Part shown: positions 48,656 to 61,437 of the stretch, piece by piece
Layout: every line of letters begins with the position of its first letter
Position numbering within the stretch: position 1 is the first letter of the stretch
Assembly: GCA_047967505.1 (NCBI GenBank)
Contig: CM106538.1
Source: Dipteris shenzhenensis
Taxonomy: Eukaryota
Length of the DNA stretch: 64,000 bases
Reading direction: 5' to 3' (one strand)
The notes under the pieces: model-generated
What the model was told of the DNA's origin: nothing
The model's database searches: none
The model's input: the letters and a program-made list of their open reading frames with translations, nothing else
Translations under genes and position numbers: made by a program

Positions 48656-49839
48656 TGTTGTCACTATTTCTCCCAAGTGTAGGTTCTGAGGGTTGGTCAC
48701 CTATAGTCATGTTGTTGCTCATTGTAGCATAGGTGTTCACAAGTGTAGCATAGGTCCTCGGGTCATATTCTGGTGAGAGATGTAAGCTAAAGTGTGGAAA
48801 GTAGATCTCATGTGTGTGAGGATGAGAAAGAGTGTTGGATTACAATGATTAATGGAGGCTCTCGCCTCCAAGGGAATTCAAGGGTTTAGAAGGGGGGACT
48901 GCAGGGTTCAAAAAGGAGACAAGGTTGAGAGAGCTATCTAGGAGTTCAAGGGTCCAAAGAGGGTTGCAGGTTTTAGGAGGAGTCCAGGGTTGAGGAGTGG
49001 AGAGCTAGTCTCCTTCACAAATTCAAGGGGTAAGGGTTGAGAAGGAGGGACAAGGGAGGAGGGAGGAGGAGGGAGGAAGGAGGAGGAGGAGGAGGAAGAG
49101 GAGGGAGGGAGGAGGGATGAGGAAGGAGGAGGAGGAGGGAGCAAGGACGAGGAGGAGGGGGAGGAGGAGGAGGAGGAGGAGGAGGAGGGAGGAAGGAGGA
49201 AGGCGGGAGGAGGAAGGAGAGGAGGGAGGAGGAAGGAGGAGGAGGGAGGAGGAGGGAGGAAGGAGGAGGAGGAGGGACTACAAGGGTAGGGAGTGCAAGG
49301 GTAACGGCATGCTAGAACATGATAGTGTAAGAGAGCATGGACACAATGAAGATCAATCACATGAACATAATAGTGAGCTTGAACATTGAACCCCAAAGAG
49401 TGTGAGATTCCTTCCATTAAGAGATATTTATACATGTTGGTCTCTACAAAATCCCTAGGTACCTCTGTGGTGGGATCTCTTTTGTAGGAGACCTTTTGGA
49501 CAAGAGTCCCTCCACTTTTGGGGGGGGACTTTTGGGTCTCTACACAAAGTGGGGGGATCTTTTATGTCTCTGCACAAAGTGGGGGGACTTGAAAAAGTGT
49601 AGGCTTTTAGTATTTCTCTCTCTAGATTTAGTATTTTTCTCTCTAGATCCTGATTTTGCAAGTGTGATTGGATATTTTCTAGAGATTATTTTGGTTATCC
49701 TCATCCTTTAAGATTCATCATAGCATCTTTTAGGCTCAAGATATTACCAGCGGAGCTTTGCCGCTACTCTACACACACAATGCTTTGATCGTTGTTGCCC
49801 TAGATTGCAATTATGGCCCTTGTTGTCATAGGCTTAACA
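48656..49839 (-). repeat. 5' LTR of the Athila-like element (1184 bp, TG...CA)
   Basis: TGTTGTCAC...GGCTTAACA on +; contains purine-only GGA tract ~49040-49276. Confidence 0.9.
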
Positions 49840-50399
49840 CTATTTTGAATTGGAGGATGAGAAAGACTATTCCACAATCACAATGATTTCATTGTACACT
49901 ATATTGCAAATGATAATATATACATGAATAATTAGGGTTAGGACTATCATTTAGTATTAGGGGTTCACATAGCTCCTTTTCTGTCTTATTGGGTTGAGAA
50001 TCTGTGTATGGAAGGTATCAATTACTTGATCAACCCCTTTGAAATTGAGAGGTTGTTTTATTAAAAATATTTTTAGCATTTTTGTAATAAAAGTCTTAAA
50101 ACTTGAAAAATGCAAAACACAAAATTTTATGTGACCATGGCCTTGTGGAGATGCTAAAAATGTCCTTGCTTGAATGAAACAACTTAGTGATCTAATTATT
50201 GTTGATGGTAGGCCACAAGAGATGTGGTTGTCCACTTCAATAAATATCTATATCTAACTTGAAATCAAATAGTGAATTCGTCTAGAGTGAAGCTCTATGG
50301 TTGCTAGTAGTTGAAGATTGATATGTAGATGAATAAATATGCTACTATTGGACTAATGCTATATGATCAAATACCACCATAAAAGTGTCACTTGCAATC

Positions 50400-52275
50400 T
50401 GGAAGATTTTCCATAAACTCTCCACAAACAAAGCATGAGAAAGAAAAGAAGCTACAAAATCTTCTACAGGTATTTGGAAAAATTCTAATGCATCCAAGGG
50501 ATAGTTACTCATTTTGTTTGAATGATATTCTCTAATGTTGAAAATGCTTGTCAATTGCACGTTCGAAGCTGATTGCTTGTGGGTATATTTGGTTGTTGAT
50601 GCTAACAATTTACATTGATTTTTTGCATGGTTCTTTCCATGAAACATGAACAAGTTGTGTCTTTGAAGCTAACTTGCTAAGATATTGTTAACATCCACAG
50701 AGTACAATCGCACTGAATGCACGGTAACCAGTGATTAGAGGTGATTAGGCTTCATGATTTACTTCCTTTGTATTCTATTCCAAACTATCTTGTACCACTG
50801 ATGTACCTTAAGAGTCTCTTGGTTGCATTCCAGTGTGACTACTTTGGATTTTCCATAAACTATGCTAGTGAGCTTATTGAATAAACAAATATCTGCCTTT
50901 GTAATATTCAAATATATAAGAGATATGATGAGCTACCAATAGTACTTGTCATTAAGTGTAGGCTTTTGTAGATCTTTTGTAAGTTTTAGACCCTACTCCA
51001 TAAAATTACTTGTGACCTTGCAATCTGCCATATAAAATTTCTTTAGGAGACTATCTGCATATTTTTGTTGGCTCATGCAGGTACTGGTTGAGTCTCTTGA
51101 GAACTCAATACCAAGCCAATAGTGCATAAGTATAAGATCTTTCATGTTGAGCTCTACAAATAATTCTTGTTTCAACTTGTTGATGAAGCTTTCATTGCTT
51201 CCTGTCATAATCAAATCATCTACATACAAAAGTGCCATAGTAATGTTTTCCCCTTGAACTTTGTAGTAGAGAGTATGATCTACATTGGACTTCATCTATC
51301 CCAGATTAGAAAAATGTGTGTCAATTTTGCTATACCAACTTCTAGGTGCTTGCTTTGTAGAGACTTTTGTTGAATTGGCAAAATGATTCTCTTTTCCCTG
51401 TTCAGCATACCCTGCTGGTCGTTGCATGTAGACTTCCTCATCTAGGTAGCCTTTGAGAAAAGCATTCTTAACATCTAGCTGGTACGCATTTCATCTACTG
51501 AGTGTGGCTAGTTATATAAAAAATCTTATGAAATCCATCTTTTCTACTAGAGCGTAAGTCTCATTATAATCTTTTCTATAATTTTGTGCAAAATCTTTTG
51601 CAAGTAGTTTGGCTTTGTATCTTTTAATGCTACCATCTGGATTGTACTTTACTTTGTAAATCATTTTTTTGAAATGGTCTTCTTTCATGGTGGAAGGTCA
51701 AATAAATACCAAGTGTTGTTTTTCTACATTGCATCGATCTCTTTCATTCATAGAAGTTTGTCATTTAGGCTTATCAACTGCATCCTCAAAGTACATTCGC
51801 TTTTCTATAGCCATGATGGTATCGTCATAAGAGCATAATTGGTGGTTTCAATTTAAATCGCCTTGCCTTTCTGAGCATATGAAAACCTTGCTGGTGGTTT
51901 GATTTCTCTTGTAGACCATCTAAGTTGTTGCTCTCCTAGAGGTTTTTTTGGAAATTCTTGCTCTCTTCATCAACCTTCTCTGTAGGTGATGTGAATTAGT
52001 GTGTCTATCTCATGTGTATTTGATGTTTTCCATTCTAATTCTTCATAAAAAATCACATCTCTAGAAATTATGACCTTTCGATCGATGGGATCATACAACA
52101 ACTTATATGCTTTGCTCTCTTCACTGTCTCCAACCATGATGCATTAACATGCCTTGACATCCAAATTTCCTTGATGATCATCATGTATGTGGACATATGC
52201 TATGCAACCAAATATGTAGGGATGCCCAATGCGTGGCTTGTATCCATTGAATGCCTCATAGGGTGTAATACCTGC
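50400..52275 (-). mobile_element. Decayed Copia pol (INT C-term, RT, RNase H remnant)
   Basis: TPYEAFNG...IFGCIAYVH...VIISRDVIF; KYNPDGSIKRYKAKL; QLDVKNAFLKGYLDEEVYM; LLYVDDLIMTG...YWLGIEF. Confidence 0.88.
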
Positions 52276-53799
52276 CTGAGAAAATGCTCGTCTTACATGG
52301 CTAATACTTCATAACCCTAATCATTTGTATATCAATTTGTGATGTTCATATATATCACCGTTGATCATCGAATATAAACTCCCTCGATGGGATGTGTGGT
52401 TTAGTTCTCTTGTGCTATGTGTGCATTAGTTTAAATCATCAAAGCGTCAAATTTGACCAACATAATAGTGTGTGGCTTGCACATATCTAATCTTAGGATG
52501 TGTATATGGGACAATCATGATCGTCCTATTTTTAAAAGATGTGCAACAGTGTAAAGGGTTTTCTTTAGCATGTTGGCTTTAGGCTGTTCTTTCATATTCA
52601 GTTTATAAGCAAGGCGTATTCTATCTCAATCTCCACATACAAGCCAATGGTTCCCTAATAAGAATATTCTCATGTTGTCTTTGTAACAAATGGTTTTTGA
52701 AATGTTGATTTTTCGAGCTTGCAAATCTTCTCATCGTAAACTCAATGTTAGGTAATTAGAAACTGCAACAGAATAAATGATTTTAGTTTATTTTTTTTAA
52801 GGCTATAATATTCATTTTCAATTTTAGTTATTCTATGCTTGCACTCATCTATTGCATTTGCCCCATCTATCCCATCCATTAGATAAATGGAATGCCTCAT
52901 GTCATGTCATGTTTAGTCACAATTTTAGATAGGTTGAAATTTTCCCATCATGCCGACCATCCATTATGGAAGATGAAGCCTTTGATGGTCGTTCATATAT
53001 ATACTTCACAATATATATCACACTTCAATGAGGAAGAAATGAGAATGGTATGCACCTTGGAGTTGCTAGAAAAAATGAAAGAGACTCTTTTAAGTACTTC
53101 ATATTTTTGCAAGTATCAATTTAAAGCTGAAAGTGGTCTATTCTTGTTATCCCCAATTACTTATGAATCTGATCCAAGTGGTCACTTAGTTGTAGTAGAG
53201 GGATTCCATTCGTCTACCAATTGGTTCAACAAATGGATAGGAAAGTGAAAGGAGATGAGAGAAAACATTTCTAGAAAATTGAGTAAGGAAAAGGAACTAC
53301 AAGGAAGCTTGATAGCCAGTCAAGAATCATGTTGCACCTCCTTGTAAGCAGATATACATAATCTTGTAAGCATATATATAATCTTGAGGCTTAGAAAAGT
53401 CCAACTCTAGCCTTGCACCAAGAACTCATCTTGCATGTGCATACTAAATCCACTTTCCTCTTAAAACCTTGCACATACAAACACAACTTGGGAAGGCAAT
53501 GGAAGGTCATTGGTCTACTCATGGAATCTAAGATAACAAAACCAATCTTGTGCATTATGCACACGGTAGTAGTCATTTTTGTCTATTTCGATGAGTATGC
53601 ATGATTGAGGAATATATTGCATATTTTAGGAACTTTCCTTTCCCAATTGCCACACATCTTTTTGTCGCAAAAATTAGATAGGTGCGTGTTATATGATTGA
53701 GCATGTATGTTATGTTTCAAAACTTTTAAGTGGAGGTTATAAATTTCACATGCGATGCTTTACTTTGTCTTCCATGTTTACTTTATGTTGCATTTAAAA

Positions 53800-55300
53800 T
53801 CATGGAGTTGTCTACAAAGCTGCATATCAGGTGCAAGACTAGGGTACGAGTGCCAAAAGCTACATGAAAAACTTGACAATGTGATCGATGCTAACACTAG
53901 TCCATCCAAGAACGTAGAAGTAGCTTTTATCGCATGTACAAGCCTTTATCGCGATGGAAGTAGGTTAGGACTAAGACTTTTGTCACTAATGCCAACTCAT
54001 CATCATTTCGCCAAAACTGGCTGTGGTAGGAGTAGCATCACTTGGAGTGGATGTAGTGGCAATAGGTGCCTATGTGTCGGAGAGACAAGCTAGTCTCTAA
54101 TCCAAAGACAATACCTTGGAGTTCCTGGATACAAAGAAGTGGCACACCAAGTACAACCACATGGGATAGTTAGTACTATCAAGCTTGTCTTCATTCCAAA
54201 CAAGTCATTGTTGGCCATTGCAAACAAAAATCCTCGAAGAAGAAAGGGCCCTCCCTGCAAATGTCAAAGCCTCAAGGCTATCACTGCAATGAGCTGGCTG
54301 CCCAAAAGCTAGCATAGAATCTACAAATGTCAACCAAAAAATGATAGTAAAAGCTCCGCAAATGGGAAGAGCAACTGGGCCTGCTCAAACACTGAGCCAA
54401 AGCGCACAAATCTATCCTGCAAAATCTACCTATAATTCTACAAGAGTCTGCAAAAGCCCATCCCAAATGTATGCACAAATCTACTCCAAAGTACTTGAAA
54501 TTGAAGTCCCCAATGCACAAGAGCTAATGCAAGTCAACACGTGCAAAAGCCCCACACGATGGCACGGGTGTAAGGACGCATTGAGCTTTGAGCAGGTGCA
54601 GCTGACGGCCGTGCGGGTACCATTGTATGACAAAATCAACAGTAGAAGACAGCAAACTGAGTCACGATTATGTGACGGGAGTTTACCAGCTGGGGGCTTC
54701 TGCAAATGTTGACACGTTATGCGTGAAGTAGAAGTTCCTCCCAAAATGGTGGCACCAATCTGTTGGAAAGCTAAAGCAAAATTATCAACGCTGAGGTTGC
54801 AAATGTGCCGAGCTGTAGGTTGAGGTGGGATTGAGCTCTCTATCTCTATATTTCTTCATCCAAACACCGAACTACCCAAACTAATGTTTGATGAATATAA
54901 ACAGAAGCCACTCCCACCCTTCATTACACATCGGGTCAGCTCCCGTTTTTACCCGATGCATTCGATTCCTTGAGAGGAAGGTGGGCTGAGCAGGGAGACA
55001 GGTAGGAGCAAGAGAACCTGCTCTGATACCAATGTCAGGTGAAGCAATGGGAATGCAAGGGAGCATACACCAAGCTGAGGGAATGAAGTGTACTTGCAAA
55101 TGGCTAATGAAGAAGGTACGAGAGGCCAGGACTAAAAGTCCTAAGTAAACTAGGTGTACTAGAACTAAATGTCCTAACTAGCCTACAAGGCCATACCAGG
55201 GCTAAGTGCTGCCAAAGTAGAGCTGGTGCAGCACAAGGAAGAGATACTTCTGTTGATTCAATCAAGAAAGAGCAGCATGTTCAAGAAGAGAAGATGCCTA
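53800..55300 (-). mobile_element. Copia 5' remnant (LTR part from 55033, PBS 55020-55031, decayed gag), related to the element at 15873
   Basis: GCTCTGATACCA PBS; minus-strand MANNDLFG...EDKLDSTNYPMW; LTR shares GGACTAA..GTCCTAAGT and GCCTACAAGGC motifs with the 15873 LTR. Limits approximate. Confidence 0.75.
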
Positions 55301-55626
55301 TGCCAAAAATAGATGGGGGAAAAGTGAAGTTCAACACACTACTAAGTCTCAAGAATTAGCAAAATTTTCTTTTTCAGAAGCAACCACGGCCATTTGTTGA
55401 AAAGGTTCATGGATCAACGGAAACATAAGCATTTTGGCATGAAACAGATATATATGGAATGTGAGAAGGATCTACTATGTTTTGGATGATAGAGATGAAT
55501 AACTTTTAAGTGGGTTGAGATTAGGAATTTTTTCCAAATTCCTGGTCCACGGGGTGTGCCAGTGATAACTGGTGATAAATCTAACCCATATTTAATTGAT
55601 ACGTACATAAGTCGTAGTCTATCTTT

Positions 55627-57000
55627 TGGTAGACTGCATGGGGCAGGACATGTGGTTGCATGGAAGGGCTGCTGCCTAGGAACAGAAAAAGTCCCTGGAT
55701 GAGGGCTCAGGTGCTGGCAGCAGCAGGCCCTGCAAGAGCAGCACATAGGGCAGCCAACAAGGGCTGCCAGGGCTCATTTGAAGGCCTGCAGCATGTCGAC
55801 AGAGACCACGAGCAGGCAGCTGGAGCAGCAGGAGCAGCAGGAGCAGCAGGAGTTGATGGTGCTGCAGGGCCTGTAAGCCTTACAGATCAGTGCCGCATCA
55901 TTGACTGCATAGACGAGCAACAAGGAGGCCTAAGAGTCCAGCATTTAGTGTGGTTGTGGCATGCATGTCTGCAATCCCCAGCAGGGAGAAGAGCAAGGAG
56001 TGCGCACTAAGGAGCACCACAGTTCTGCCCTGAAGATCCTTTTGAGGACAGTGAAGGCCATTGTTGGGCCATGCATCTGGAGGAAGGTGACCAGCAGTAG
56101 GACAGCAGGTGAAGCCCTCTGTTTGGTGCAAGGTTGGGGCTGTCCACACGGCACGCTTTGAGCAGCGTATTTTGTATATGGATTTGTCTCCCTGACAACA
56201 TAATAAATATACTGTCGGTTGTCTGCATGGCTGTCTAGACATCTAGATGCATTTGTCTACGTCAGTAACAGTTGTGTGAGATTTCTTTCACGCATTGTGT
56301 GATTATTGGGCATATTCTTCCACTGCGAGAGTGTTGGTTCAGCAAGCAACCTCCAGCTGCTATTCTAACATGCTGTCAAAGCCCCCAGAGAGACTCACAA
56401 CCCGGAAGAGCAGACGATGCATAAAAGAAAGGTGACCTCAATTCAGGAAAGTGCAGAATTCGAGATTGACAGATACCTTTGGTGACCAAGATTCAAATAA
56501 GTGAGCCTTTGTCAAATAGGATTGCAGAGTTTGTATCATTTGTGGTGTTTGGCCTATTCCAGGATCTTCATTCCAATGGCATTGGCTTCACAGATGCCGT
56601 TCCCAAACTTCATAGTGGGGGCCAAACTAAACTGGGATAATTACACGATCTGGAAGGTGAAGATGTGGAGCCACATAGCAAGGAAGGTGTGGCAGGTTAC
56701 AAGAACGGAGCTGAGACCCTAGGACACATTGGATGCAACAAGAAAGGTAGCAAAACTTGCAGGTCCATTTGAGATGGACGACTGGGAGGAAAAGGATGCG
56801 GAGGCGCTCCCTATGATAATTGGAATGATGGCAGATGCAGTGATTTCTCACATTTAGTTGGCAAATACCTCAAAAGCCGCATGAGACATCTTGAAGGACC
56901 TGTACCAAACAAATAACTCAATGAGGATTCTGGACCTCCAGAATCGACTGTTGACCTGGGGCATGACAAGTTCACAAGAGTGAAGGTGGTGAGGGATTAA
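55627..57000 (+). mobile_element. Copia 5' remnant (LTR ~55627-56370, degenerate PBS, decayed gag)
   Basis: TTCTAACA|TGCTGTCAAAGCC (PBS-Met-like); KLNWDNYTIWKVKM...DWEEKDAEAL...TSKAA*DILKDLYQ. Confidence 0.7.
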
Positions 57001-57679
57001 CTGGCAGCAATTCGTCACAAGGTGGACCCAGTCCAGTTGCATATGCTCATGTTGAATATGCAACTTTAGAATCTTTGTGACCAGCATTACGACTTCCAAA
57101 ATATCAATGCTGCTAACTTTTGAAGAGTTGGGGAGACCTGAGGAAAAATCTATGATAGAGATAGTGGCAAGAGATTGTAAAAAGAAAAGGCTGATTAAAA
57201 GAAAAAGAACACCAAAGGCTAACAGGGTTACCAAAACAGCAGAGCTTTTCTTGGTGACGACTTGCTGAGACCAAGTATGCTGACTCAGGTGACCTTGTTT
57301 TGAGACGGACATTGAGAGATGGGCTGAGAGCCAGAGGTATCAGTAGCCTCTGTGAAGGGGAGGAAACCATTGGTTGCTCAGACAATTGTACTGAGAACAA
57401 ACACTACTTGCATGGAAGAAGTGTCTTTTGGATGGACTTCCAAGACCAGGGTTAGATGAGTGCAAGGACACTGAAGGTTGCACGTCGATGCTGTGGGTGC
57501 CTCTGGGAGGTACTTGGCTTGCTTTCAAGGCAAGCAGTCAGATGAGTGGATCCAATAGCATGTATATTCTCTTTGCATTCATTCAGACTTCAGTAGCGTG
57601 TTTTGGGTACATTGTCCGCATTGTTTTTCTTGGGCATTGAGAGGATGGAGGGTGAATTCCTGGCAGACAAAGGGGGAAA

Positions 57680-58061
57680 TGTATCCTTGCAGAGGCCATT
57701 AATGCTTGACTTCTTCAAGGTCAATAATGTATGACTTCTGTCAAGGATGACTGCTTCAAGGAAGCTTGAATTGCTGACATGGATAGGTGTTTCAGAGGCT
57801 TCTTTAATGCTCAGTTACAGGATGGTGGAAGCAGAAGCGCTTGAACCTGTTGAAGACTTTATGGTGGAGACAGGAACAACATCAAAACCTTAGTTACAGG
57901 TTACTCAGGATGGAGCTCATTTGGAGCTTGTGTCTAAAGATTGCTCAGAGATGATCCAAGATCAGTGGCAATCGTAACCAAGTTAATATTCCAAGATAAC
58001 TTGCCTGCTAACAGGCTGATTAAACTTTATAGGCTTGTGTCCTAACCGTCTACTTGTAACA
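57680..58061 (+). repeat. Possible 3' LTR of another retroelement
   Basis: PPT-like AAAGGGGGAAA followed by TGT, ending TTGTAACA; no partner LTR seen. Confidence 0.4.
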
Positions 58062-58699
58062 TCGCATTTGCTCCACTACTTTGTTAGCTACATTACTGTC
58101 ACTAGATGTTGTATCCCCAACAAATCCCACAAACTTCACAAAAGCATATGGGTGCAGCCCTTGGCAAAAATTCATGCCAATGCAAGCACCTAGCCTCGTC
58201 AATCCTCCATGCAAACAAAAGGGAGCATGAATAACAATGATATAAAACCGCTTCCTTTTTGTGTTCTTAGTACTTACCCCTCCCAATAACCATATGTATG
58301 GAACCTTGGGCCCAGCCCAAATAACATGCGAATCTCCAACTTCCATCGCTCGTTTGCAGCTGCCTTGACCTTTACTTTTTGTGTCTAGCTTTCACCATTT
58401 CAAAAGACATGTCCATTGCTAATTAAAAATGTTTAAAGATTGGGAAGGCAATGCCGTGAAAATGATGAAAATGAGATTCCCCATACATCTTTAAGGCTTC
58501 ATGACAATATCTACTCGACAGCCGTAAACAAATGTACTTCGTGTTAACATTTTTCCAACTAGGACTTCTCTTTCCTAAAAAATCAAAGTCACTACTATAG
58601 TTTCCTTATAGATTGAATCGTAAATAAAAATGCCTTCAATTCCCAAGCAATGATTTTATCTATTTATATGTGAAACGTCGTAGTTATGGATAAGGTTAC

Positions 58700-59300
58700 A
58701 TGGAGATATCAAGGAAGAACTTGTTATCAAATTAAGGACAAGGTTACAAGGTTCTCTGAGAAATTGGAGGAATTCCTTACAGATCGAATGAGAACTTACA
58801 TCTAGATGAATCCAGGAACATGCCCAAATTCAGCCTCTAAAAACATACCACATAGTGCGGTTCCAATCATAGTCACTCATAAGGTTGAAAACCATAAACT
58901 CCTTCACGCATAGAAGGGACTAGCTTCTATGACTCCCCACTGACATCATCAAGGACGAGCTACTATGACATCCGCACTGACATCTTTATCCAAAAAGTGG
59001 AGAAAGTCCTTACATTCCAATGAGAGCTTAGCTGAACTGAAAGAAAATCAGCTAAATAACCCATTGCTGAGAACATCCCCTCTCCTTTCTCTCTCCTTAC
59101 TTCTCTCAATAACCAAAATGTCTAGATGTTTGGACACGCTCTGGATAACGTGAATCATCTGCATAGCCATGGTAACTAGTGAAACGAAAATCGATACAAT
59201 AAGGACTATTAGAAGCCAAAGGAGATATGCTATGATTGTGGAAAAGAAGGATATAGTGCCAAAGATTGTAGGTCAAAGTATGAAGGAAACTGACAAGGTT
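58700..59300 (-). pseudogene. Small decayed intron-containing gene sharing its 3' module with the orphan gene
   Basis: CTATTTAAA, pyrimidine-rich leader, ATG at 59170 (MAMQMIHVIQSV...), GTAAG...TTTCAG intron, ...GVYGFQPYE; 58703-58781 matches 61226-61308. Confidence 0.4.
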
Positions 59301-59804
59301 TTAAATAGAAAAAAGGAGTATCCACATGTTGGAACTTAGCAAGAGCAAGACAGTATCCAACTTAGCAAGAGCAAGATGTCACAAGTGTTGTATTGCAGCG
59401 CAACTATTTTTAGCAATGACCATGAATAGTAGTACAACTCAAAATGAGTTGATTGAGAGGATAACTCAATCAAAAGAGTTGTCCTCAAGTATATCAAATC
59501 ACATTGTGGCATTTGAAGATGTTGATATTGATTAGAGAGGATGCATTTCACATCTCAAAAGCACTATCAGCGTGCTTAGCTGCTATACTATCTACTTTAA
59601 GCATTTGGTGTATTGGTTCACGAGCATATGAGCACATGAGCTTCAAAAAATATTGATTCAAAGCATTCAAGCCATCAGATAATTGCCATCTATTCTACCT
59701 ATTGCCCACGAACCAAAATTTTAAAAAAAGCATGTACGGGTTTTTGACATAGTGGCACATAGTGGCAGCTTGGAGGAGAGAGCTTGAGATATGTTGCTAC
59801 ATGC

Positions 59805-59995
59805 CACCCTTGGACTCTTGGACTATCACTAAGGATTACCACCCTTGGACTCTTGGACTTTTACAGACATGAACTACCACAAGCTCTTGGACTACCACCC
59901 TTGTCTTAGATTACTTACGGCTCTTGGAGTAATACCCTTGGACTCTTGAACTACCATCAGCTCTTGGACTACCGCCCTTAGACTCTTGGACTACC
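59805..59995 (+). repeat. Degenerate tandem repeat CCACCCTTGGACTCTTGGACTA
   Basis: About six imperfect copies visible. Confidence 0.8.
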
Positions 59996-60344
59996 AACGG
60001 CCCGCATATACATACACACACACACACCACCGATATACACATGCATACGCCTACACAATACACATATACACACATGTATACTATATATCTAGATGAATCC
60101 AAGTACATGCCCAAACTCATCCTCTAAAAATACAACGCAGTGTGCAATTTCAAGCTCATGATACTCACTCATAAGGTTGAAAACCATAAATGCCATCATG
60201 CATATAGGGATTGGCTACTATGACATCCCCATTGACGTACAGGGGGTGTAGACCTACACACCCACACATACAAATCCACACACACATACTTGAGCATCCA
60301 TCTACACAAAGGACTTTGTATTGAGTTTCTATCAGCACTCCGAA

Positions 60345-60730
60345 GGTGATACACACACAATGTGTTCATACATACACATACTTACACATATACACACATA
60401 CACGTACATGCACATGCGCGCGCACACCGCAGATACACGTACATGCACATGCGCGCGCACACCGCAGATACACGTACACTTCCATGCACGGGATGTGTAC
60501 ACATATGTGTACATAGCACACGCATAGGTAGGGGTTCCACATACATACACATGCACACACGCAGGAGCACAATCACTAATACACATACACACAGATGCAA
60601 GAGTGTGCGCAAACGCGCACACTATCACACATGCACATAGATGCACACACATTAACACATAGGCATGCACACACACACACATGCAAATGCACATAAGCAT
60701 GCATACATACACACACCACACACATACATA
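60345..60730. repeat. CA/TA-rich low-complexity tract with a 35-bp direct duplication
   Basis: ACACGTACATGCACATGCGCGCGCACACCGCAGAT occurs twice at ~60400-60470. Confidence 0.85.
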
Positions 60731-61437
60731 AATAGTTTTGTTTATATTATTTGATCAAAGAAACATGCAATCGATATAATGCCACAGCATCGCACGGGTT
60801 GCCTACTAGTAACATTTATCGTGACAACAAGTTTCGATTGAAGATATCATAGTGAAACTCATTTAGTGGATCATAGAGACATCTAATATATGTATAGACA
60901 CTAGCCAAGAATGTAATATATGTGTCAAGAAGCATTAATCAAAAAATCAAGTTCTCTTTGCCAATAAGAAATGCATAATATTCAGTCAAGATGGAGTTCT
61001 TGCAAATGGTGTCACCCATCTCTCTAAAACTGCTACCTTGAGCCCTCCCTTTCTATCTAACAGCGTTTTCCTTTGATTCACAAGCAAACTCTATCACAAC
61101 GTGTTTTGTCAACGACTTCTCAAGTAAGGACAAGTTGAGGGTGCATAATTATCCTCCTATTTCTAGGTTACCTTTCAGAGCACGCCACTATCACTTAAAA
61201 TTACGGTTATACATAAGAGAATATTGAGATATCAATGCAGAACTTGTTATCATATTAAGGACAATGTTACAAGGTTTTCTAAGAGATTCGAGGAGGAATT
61301 CCTTACAGCTTGTTTCCAACGAGAGGAGCTTTTCCATCAGCTGACCTGTGAAAACATACAATCGTAATAAGGTCCAACTTTTCTAAATATACTGGTGGTA
61401 AGATATACACAAGTAAGACGTCTAAAAACAAATCTTC

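Larger units (their letters stand above)
36398..49839 (-). mobile_element. Athila-like (non-chromovirus Gypsy) LTR retrotransposon, both LTRs and TSD present, RT/RNase H absent, extra 3' coding region
   Basis: TSD CTATT (36393-36397, 49840-49844); ~1.2-kb LTR pair; PBS TGGCACCACTACCAAGGA resembling the Athila TGGCGCCGTTGCCGGGGA type; LRSG gag start, CGVCNGNHPSNEC knuckle, integrase with GPY. Confidence 0.88.
59585..60809 (+). mobile_element. Probable non-autonomous Helitron
   Basis: 3' end GCCACAGCATCGCACGGG-TTGCCTA-CTAG|T (degenerate hairpin + CTAG before T); candidate 5' TC start in CTATACTATCTAC (~59583-59592, uncertain); internal tandem and CA-rich repeats. Confidence 0.6.

Noticed and set aside
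48938-49435. Pro/Ser-rich or Arg/Glu-rich ORFs (also 36676, 38004, 38192, 60321-60721)
   Set aside because: Translations of GGA or CA low-complexity DNA.
52892-53248. 118-aa ORF as a gene
   Set aside because: No recognisable domain or gene structure; probably decayed TE.
59805-59995. CRISPR-like repeat-spacer array
   Set aside because: Degenerate, irregular repeats, no unique spacers or cas genes, eukaryotic context.
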